Source: Eledone cirrhosa (lineage: Eukaryota). From it: a stretch of 64,000 bases of DNA. The translations under genes and the position numbers were made by a program. Below the pieces are notes generated by a model, which worked only from the letters and a program-made list of their open reading frames with translations, was not told where the DNA came from and searched no databases. Positions 56,632-64,000 of the stretch are shown here, piece after piece. The stretch's first letter is position 1, and every line of letters starts with the position of its first letter. Where the stretch lies: positions 63,674,001 to 63,738,000 of the forward strand of contig OZ024740.1 in NCBI GenBank assembly GCA_964016885.1, given 5' to 3'.

Positions 56632-58079
56632 ATACATACATACATACATACATAATTATATGTATATATATATAGAGAGAGAGGGGGGTAAAATCCCAAC
56701 CGTGGCGCCAAGCGGTTTCGGCTTGTATAATATATATTCATGCATGGTCCAGTAACTTCTGAGAGAGTCGTAATGGCGCCGTATTGACATACGAGGTTTC
56801 TGGGGCATTTTTCAATCAGGCGGAGCCCATCTCCTCTCCAGGTCTGAATACAGCAGATTTCTTCCAGAGAAGAGTTGAGAGAGTGAGAAAATGGAAGTGA
56901 GAAAGAGATATAGAGGACTGGTACCTTTTTTTTATCGAACTCGAATCGAATGGATGAAAGGTAAAGTTGACCTCGGTGGGATTTGAACTCAGAGAGTAGA
57001 GAGCTGAAGCGAATACAGCGAAGTAGTCTATCCGGCGTTCTATATATATATATATATGTGTGTGTGTATACGTATATGTGAGTCTATATGTACACATGCA
57101 TGTATATATGTGCGTGTGCGCGTGAAAGTGATACACATGATTTCAAAGTCACAAATAAATATTCATAACAATTGAGAGTGAAAAAAAATGAAATTTTTCA
57201 ATGGAATCATTGGTCTATGGGAGATAACTGTCTAACTTTCTCTACCACAATAAATTTTTCTCTGCTAATTGCCACAATGTCTACTCTCATTCTTAATATT
57301 GAATTACAGCGTGGATTGGCAGTATCGGTAGAGGGTCGGACGCCATGCTTTGCAGCACAGAGTTATGGCCCTTTATGGTCTGAGTTCAAATCCCGCCGAG
57401 GTTAACTTTGCCTTTCATCCTTACAGGGGTCGATAAAATAACGTACTAGTAATACACTGGGATAATTGCTGGCCTTGTGCCTAAAGTAGAAACAATTATT
57501 ATTATTATCTGCGTAGTGACCATGTGTGTTTGTGTGAATGTATGTCTGAGTGTGTATTTTTGTAAGTGTGTCTGTGTTTGCGCGTTTATGTTTCTATACT
57601 CATACAAAGGAGTGAGTTCGTTTTCGTGTGTTCGTATTGGTTGGGAAGGGGATGAAGGAGGATGTTTCCATGCTGGAAAGAGTTTGACGAACAAGGATGG
57701 GATTGGTGTGAGGAACATTAAGGTGGAGTGCATAGATAATGAGGGCGAGGGATAGGGTATATTAAGATGGGGAAAGTTGTACAAGGTTTGGTGCAAACTA
57801 TTATCCTCTCCATGTTCACCAGTTTATAGGGTTGCTGTTAATGCAGGCATAAACTTCAGCACTCAATGCGATAATTTGATTCCAATGTAAAATAGAGTCA
57901 ACCCAGAATTTATATACTGTATATCATTATCATCGCCTTTTAACATCCATTTTCCACGCTAGCATCAGTTAAATGAGTTGTCCCGTTGTGAGACAAGTCA
58001 GTTTAAATGACTGTCTTGCTCATATAGATCTGTTACTGGCTTGGTTTCTATGGCTAGATGTTCTTCCTAACACCAACCA

Positions 58080-58655
58080 CATTTACAGTGTGGACTGGAT
58101 GCTTTTAATCATGGCACCAAAGCGACCACTTCACAGTGTGAACTGGGTGCTTTATATCGTGACACCTACACGACCACTTTACAGTGTGAACTGGGTGCTT
58201 TTTGTCGTGACACCTACACGACCACCTTACAGTGGGGACTGGGCACTTTTTGTCATGACACCTACACGACCACCTTACAGTGCGGACTGGACACCTTGTC
58301 ATGACACCTACACGACCACCTTAGTGTGGACTGGGCACCTTTTGTCGTGACACCTACACGACCACCTTACAGTGGGGACTGGGCACTTTTTGTCGTGACA
58401 CCTACACGACCACCATACAGTGGGGACTGGGCACTTTTTGTCGTGACACCGACACGACCACCTTACAGTGGGGACTGGGCACTTTTTGTCGTGACACCTA
58501 CACGACCACCTTACAGTGGGGACTGGACACCTTGTCGTGACACCTACACGACCACCTTACAGTGGGGACTGGACACCTTGTCGTGACACCTACACGACCA
58601 CCTTAGTGTGGACTGGGCACCTTTTGTCGTGACACCTACACAACCACTTTACAGG
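58080..58655. repeat. Minisatellite, ~48-bp unit (shorter variants), about 12 copies
   Basis: Unit gggcactttttgtcgtgacacctacacgaccaccttacagtggggact; unit starts at 58333, 58381 and 58429. Confidence 0.9.
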
Positions 58656-59129
58656 GTTGACCTGGGTTGGGGGAGGTGAGTCTATGTAGGGCTGGGATTG
58701 GAGAAGTAGGTTTAGTGGGGCACTTAGTTGATGAAATAAATCATATTTATAATTATAAATGAAATAAATTATATATATATTTCATAATCAATTTTACATC
58801 GCCTTTTCCATGTTAGTATGGGTTGGATGTGACATTTCTAAGCAATTGTCTGACTGGATGCCCTTCCACTAACTTTTGCTAAACTCCAGTACATAAACAA
58901 TACTGCAAGCATAAGTAGTGTCATGAAAACATATGCAGATACAAGGACACACAGATATATATATACAACTAGCTTCTATGCAATTTCCATCTACCAGATT
59001 TCACTTGAGGGCATAGGTTCACCCAAGATCAAAGTGTAATGTAGTTGGATTGATCCTACAATCAGGTGGTTGCCTATAAACATACATACAAATATAGACA
59101 TATATATATGATGTTGATGATATATATAT

Positions 59130-60000
59130 AACTGTTTTATGTCTATTTTCTGCTTAAAACATCAGCTGTTCCATGCTCAGGTCTTTTTAAGCAAACCATC
59201 TCTCCACTCATCTTCTTTGTGAGCTTCAGTGATTTAAGATTAGCTCTCAGCAACTCTGTCCAGGACCTCCTGGCACTTCTTCACCCAGCAATTATCATCC
59301 ATGCACAACATATACCAGTGGAGTCTATTTGCTTGCACATTACATTTGATTCTTTTTATATCTAGTTTTTTTCTCAAAGTTCATACGTGCTGTCCTTCAT
59401 GCACATCCATCGAAGTATGCTTTCTTCCAGCCATTGCATATCCTCTGCATTCATTGATCATGTCTCATGCAGCATCAAAATTCGCAAACAGCCTACCTTT
59501 TGTTGTCAACAGAGGTAGCAGCTCTATAAATGTCTTCCATCTTGTCCTTATTCTAGCTACTATGCCCTCAGAGCATCCTCCACTGCTAATTCAACTAGGT
59601 AGTAGAAGCTATCAACCACTTCTGTGGTTCCTTCCTGGAATTGGAAAAGGTCTATATTACTGGCACTCTTACTATCAATTCTCATTGAACAGCTACTACA
59701 AAGTCTTCCTTTCCTGTTAGACTGCCCACTATCCCACTATACCTCTTGTGTACCCAAGATTTGTATTGTGTACGTCATAGCAAGACCACTTCCCTTTTGG
59801 GATCAGTGCCGTCTTCTTTCCAACTTATTAACACTTTGGTTTTTTAGTTTACTCTCATCCCTTTTGACTCTTAAGTTCTGTCTCCACAAGTGGAACTTAT
59901 TCTCTAGTTCTTCCAGAGATTCAGTTGATAGTGGTACTTTGTCAAAGGCTTTCTCTAGATCACCAAAAGCTAGATCTAGTGACATACTCTTAGCTAGGAA
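59130..60000 (-). mobile_element. Decayed RTE-like LINE fragment
   Basis: AFGDLEKAFDKVP and SLEELENKFHLWRQNL. Confidence 0.65.
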
Positions 60001-60477
60001 CTTCTCTTGTATTTATATATATATCTCCATACATCATAATCATCGTTTTTATGTCTGCTTTTACAGATGGGATGATTTTGTGCCAATATCCTACAGCTGG
60101 ATGCCCTTCCTGATGCCAACCTAATATATGAATATTCTTTTGCTGGTTTCAGCTGTTCGATTGCAGCCATGTAGCCAAAGAATTGGTTCATCATATCGAC
60201 CCCATTATTTCTTTTTCTGATGCTTATTTTACTGATCTATTAGTTGAACCAGTAAGTTATGGAATGAACAATAAACCACCACAGAAACAGAGTAACACAC
60301 ATACATATCATCATCACCACCACCATTTAACGTCCGTTTCTTCTGCTAGCAAGGGTTACATACATACACACATATATATATATATATCCAAAATTAAATT
60401 AAGGTAAGGTTGTCATGTCTGAGAGACATGCGCCATATTCACTGCAGAATAAGCTCAAAGAATAGTTCCGAGCATTT

Positions 60478-60815
60478 TATATCAACTAGAAATAGATTGA
60501 CACATATATATATATAAAATAAACACATGAAACAATCTCAGGGAATAACTGGTTGGATCTTCTCCTTTGGTGACCATCCAAGATTTGACTGCTGTGATTT
60601 ACGGATTAATTGGTGAAATATATTTCTTATTTAAAGAAATATATACAAAGGAGATGAATCATTTTAAAAGGTATCTACATTTGAAGTTCTAGTTAAACTT
60701 TAATTAATTACCTACCTAGCTATGTGTGTTAACACACTTTACAAATTATTCCCGGAGATTGTTTCATGTGTTTATTTTATATATATATGTGTCAATCTAT
60801 TTCTAGTTGATATAT
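60478..60815. mobile_element. MITE-like or foldback element with ~70-bp terminal inverted repeats
   Basis: 60478-60548 is the reverse complement of 60746-60815; TA-rich ends. Confidence 0.55.
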
Positions 60816-60816
60816 A

Positions 60817-61123
60817 TGGCTTAGTGGTTAGAGCATTGGCCTTGCAATCAAAAGGTTGTGAGTTCAATTCTCAGGCCGAGTGATGTGTTGTTTCCTTGAG
60901 CAAGACACTTTATTTCACATTGCTCCAGTTTACTCAGCTGTAGAAATGAGATGATAGGGACTGGGGTCCCTATCATTCCACTGCAAAAAAGCATCCAGCA
61001 CTCACTGTAAATGAGGTTGGTGTTAGGAAGGGCATCCAGCTGTAGAAATGAAGCCAGAATCAGTTCCCGTCCCACCCTTGCAAGCAGGGAAATGTGGACG
61101 TAAAATGAAATGATGATGATGAT
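60817..61123 (+). mobile_element. tRNA-derived SINE family B with CORE-like body and RTE-like (GAT)n tail. Copies at 51297-51632 (-) and 53298-53560 (+); related heads at 3615-3890 (+), 36510-36612 (+), 28575-28710 (-)
   Basis: TGGCTTAGTGG and GAGTTCAATTC boxes, ccttgagcaagacactttatttcac body, tail ggacgtaaaatgaaatgatgatgat. Confidence 0.75.
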
Positions 61124-62349
61124 ATATATATATATATATTTTTATATAATAAACAACACAATATAATTATTCTTTTACCAAAGGTTTCAGGAAACCAGAC
61201 GATCCTTACAGAAACGTCCATCGCGTTCATCAGATGATAAAAGACCGTCTAGTTTCCTGAAACCTTTGGTAATGGAATAATTATATTGTGTTTATTATGT
61301 AATTAAATAGCTCTGTACTATACATACACTATTCTTTCCTTTACGTTTTCTATGGAAATATTTAACGCACACACACACACATATCATTTTTTCATTTTAC
61401 GTCCGCTTTTCCCTGCTTGTATATATATATATATATATATATATACAAGCAAATTATATACGTAAACATGTATGTTTTTGAAACGGTGCGCGATTTTGAA
61501 ATTATAAATTATAAGCTTTCACCGCATTTTAGACTAAAGAAATGATAGTGGGGTTTATAACCCTCAGAGAAATGGAAAAAGATGAGTGTTGCCGTACTAT
61601 ATATATACATGAAACCAAAGCTATAATAGAACATGCCTAAAATGTCAGACTGAGTCCAAAAGCATGTGGTTGCAAAGCAAATTTCTTAACCACATAGCTA
61701 CGCCTACACCTACATATATATATATGTCCTTAAAGCAGAAGAACTGGAGATCTGTGTGTCATAATGGGATTAGGAACTTCAGTTGTATCCATATGCTACA
61801 AGAAGCAAGATGGAGGAGAAAAGCATTATCAAACATACCAGCGACATTATCCAGTAAACTCCCTCTTGCATGATCTGTGGACTTGCTTGCAAATCATTGA
61901 CAGGTCTAAAATATCATGCCTGACATAGATATCCAAATTGAATGAACTGAATAGGTTGTTTGGATCCTCATATGTTAAAATTGATGGGAGGGACCAGAAT
62001 ATATATGTATGCAAGGTCCTGTAACTTCTGAGGGAGTCGTAGGGATGCCATAGTGGCATACAGCATTTCTTGAGCATTTATAAGCCTGATGGAGCCCATC
62101 TCCTCTCTAAGTCTGAATACAGCAGATTTCTTCCAGAGAAGTGAAAAAGAGATATAGAGGAAGAATCAACCCCAGTACTAGACTAGAACTTTTTATATCG
62201 ACCTCGAAAAGATAAAAGGCAAAGTTGACCTTGGCGGGATTTGAACTCAGAGCGCTGGAACAAATACTGCAAAGTATTTGTTCGACTCCTCCAATTCACT
62301 GCCTCCATCATATATATATATATATATATATACATAAAATGGTGATAAT

Positions 62350-62795
62350 GATGATGATATCAGCATCATCAATATCATTTTTACATCTGCTTTTCCATGC
62401 TTGCATGGGTTGGACAAGTTTTCAGCACAGCATTTCTCTACACATCACATTTCTTTGCCAATTCCTGTGAGTTTCAGCGATTTAAAATTACCTTTCACCA
62501 CCTTGGTCCAGGTTTTCCTTTCTACTGGGATTTCCTGGCACTTCTTTATGTAGTGATCATCATCCATGCACATCACATGTCCATACCAATGCAGTCTTCT
62601 CTCTTGCACACCACTTCTGATTTCTCTTAAACCCAAATTCTCCTTCAGTTCATCCAACCTCTGTTATTCTCTCACAATAACATCACACATACATCAAAGC
62701 ATGGTTGCTTCATTTCTAGCCAGCATACGCATGTCTTCTGCAGTCACTGCTCATGTTTCCTACCATGCAGCATCACACATAGACATCATATAGCC
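62350..62795 (-). mobile_element. RTE-like LINE 3' fragment
   Basis: VQERRLHWYGHVMCM; (GAT)-rich tail. Confidence 0.7.
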
Positions 62796-62892
62796 AACCT
62801 TTTGTTCATAAATATATATACATATATATAATACATTCACACACACAAGATTTATTCACAGGTTATATTTACACAGCCAGACTATCTATATG

Positions 62893-62935
62893 TTTATTAA
62901 AAATACTGTAAATGATTTCCTTGTATACATTTATT
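62893..62935 (-). terminator. Candidate polyadenylation signals of U2AF2
   Basis: Minus-strand AATAAA at 62930-62935 and 62893-62898, about 500 bp after the stop codon. Confidence 0.4.
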
Positions 62936-63440
62936 CATAACCACGATGTGTTGATATTTTTTTTATTAATATATATTATATGTGTATATATATATATATA
63001 TGTGTGTATATATATACACATATATAAAGTGTATATATATATATATATATACACACACACATATATATGTATATATATATATACACACATATATAATATG
63101 TATATATATATACACGTGTATATATATATATATAAATACATAAGTGTGTATATATATATATATATATATATTTACAAATATGTGTATATATGCATACATA
63201 TATGTGTATATGTGTATATATATATACACACACACACACGTGTATATACACACACATCCATATATGTGTATATGTATATACACACACACACACACACACA
63301 CACAATGTATATATATATATATATATAGATAGATATAGGTATAGATATATATATATATATATTTGAAAATGGAAAATGCAACAATTGCTATTATGTTTAA
63401 CTCTTCTGTCCTCCATATGATGGCCACCCCATGGTATTTG

Positions 63441-63614
<174 letters not shown>

Positions 63615-63769
63615 TCAGAAATGCTGTTGACATAACCACCACCATACACACAAAAACTAAAATCCAGACAGTATATTAGGAACTAAAGGCATCTACACTC
63701 CACTCATGCTTCCCGAAATACGCCAAAACTACACCTGATGTACCCCTTCCATACACATGCACACGTGTG

Positions 63770-64000
63770 TATCATGACTCGTGCACTGTTCATTTTACTG
63801 ATGTTTGTGCATTGCCCTATGTACTGTACATGCACTTTTTTGATGAGTTGTGGTGCACCTGGGCACTGTACACAATATTTCATTATTGTTATTATTATTA
63901 TATCATGACTCATACACTGTTCATTTTCATGACATTTGTACATTATTCTATGTACTATACATGCACCTTTGATGAGTTGTAGTGCACCTGAGCACTGTAC
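63770..64000. repeat. ~131-bp tandem repeat in the U2AF2 intron, running off the window
   Basis: tatcatgactc..cactgttcatttt at about 63770 and 63901. Confidence 0.7.

Noticed and set aside
58080-58655. CRISPR-like regular array
   Set aside because: Contiguous tandem units with no unique spacers, eukaryotic context and no cas genes; the unit is SINE-derived.

Overview
AT-rich, microsatellite-saturated animal genomic DNA. The repeat complement suggests a cephalopod such as Octopus, but this is inference. Most ORFs in the supplied track are translations of (TA)n, (CA)n or (TG)n tracts. The only recognisable host gene segment is the terminal coding exon of U2AF2/U2AF65 on the minus strand (63441-63572); two weaker plus-strand exon candidates of an unknown gene are also noted. 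Much of the rest is retroelements: many Penelope-like element (PLE) remnants (one with a ~575-codon RT plus GIY-YIG ORF), a full-length decayed Tx1/L1-like LINE with a 17-bp TSD nested inside a PLE, R4/Dong-like RLE LINEs tied to (CATA)n, RTE fragments, two tRNA-derived SINE families and Helitron-like elements. The main hidden signal is about 30 type I hammerhead ribozyme (HHR)-like motifs from more than ten distinct sequence families, mostly at PLE 3' ends near (TA)n tracts. Many occur as head-to-head palindromic cassettes. They include repeated core variants (U3-A8, A4, C4) and a family with a covarying ~105-nt insertion in domain II. All RNA structures were derived by eye and have not been computed or tested.
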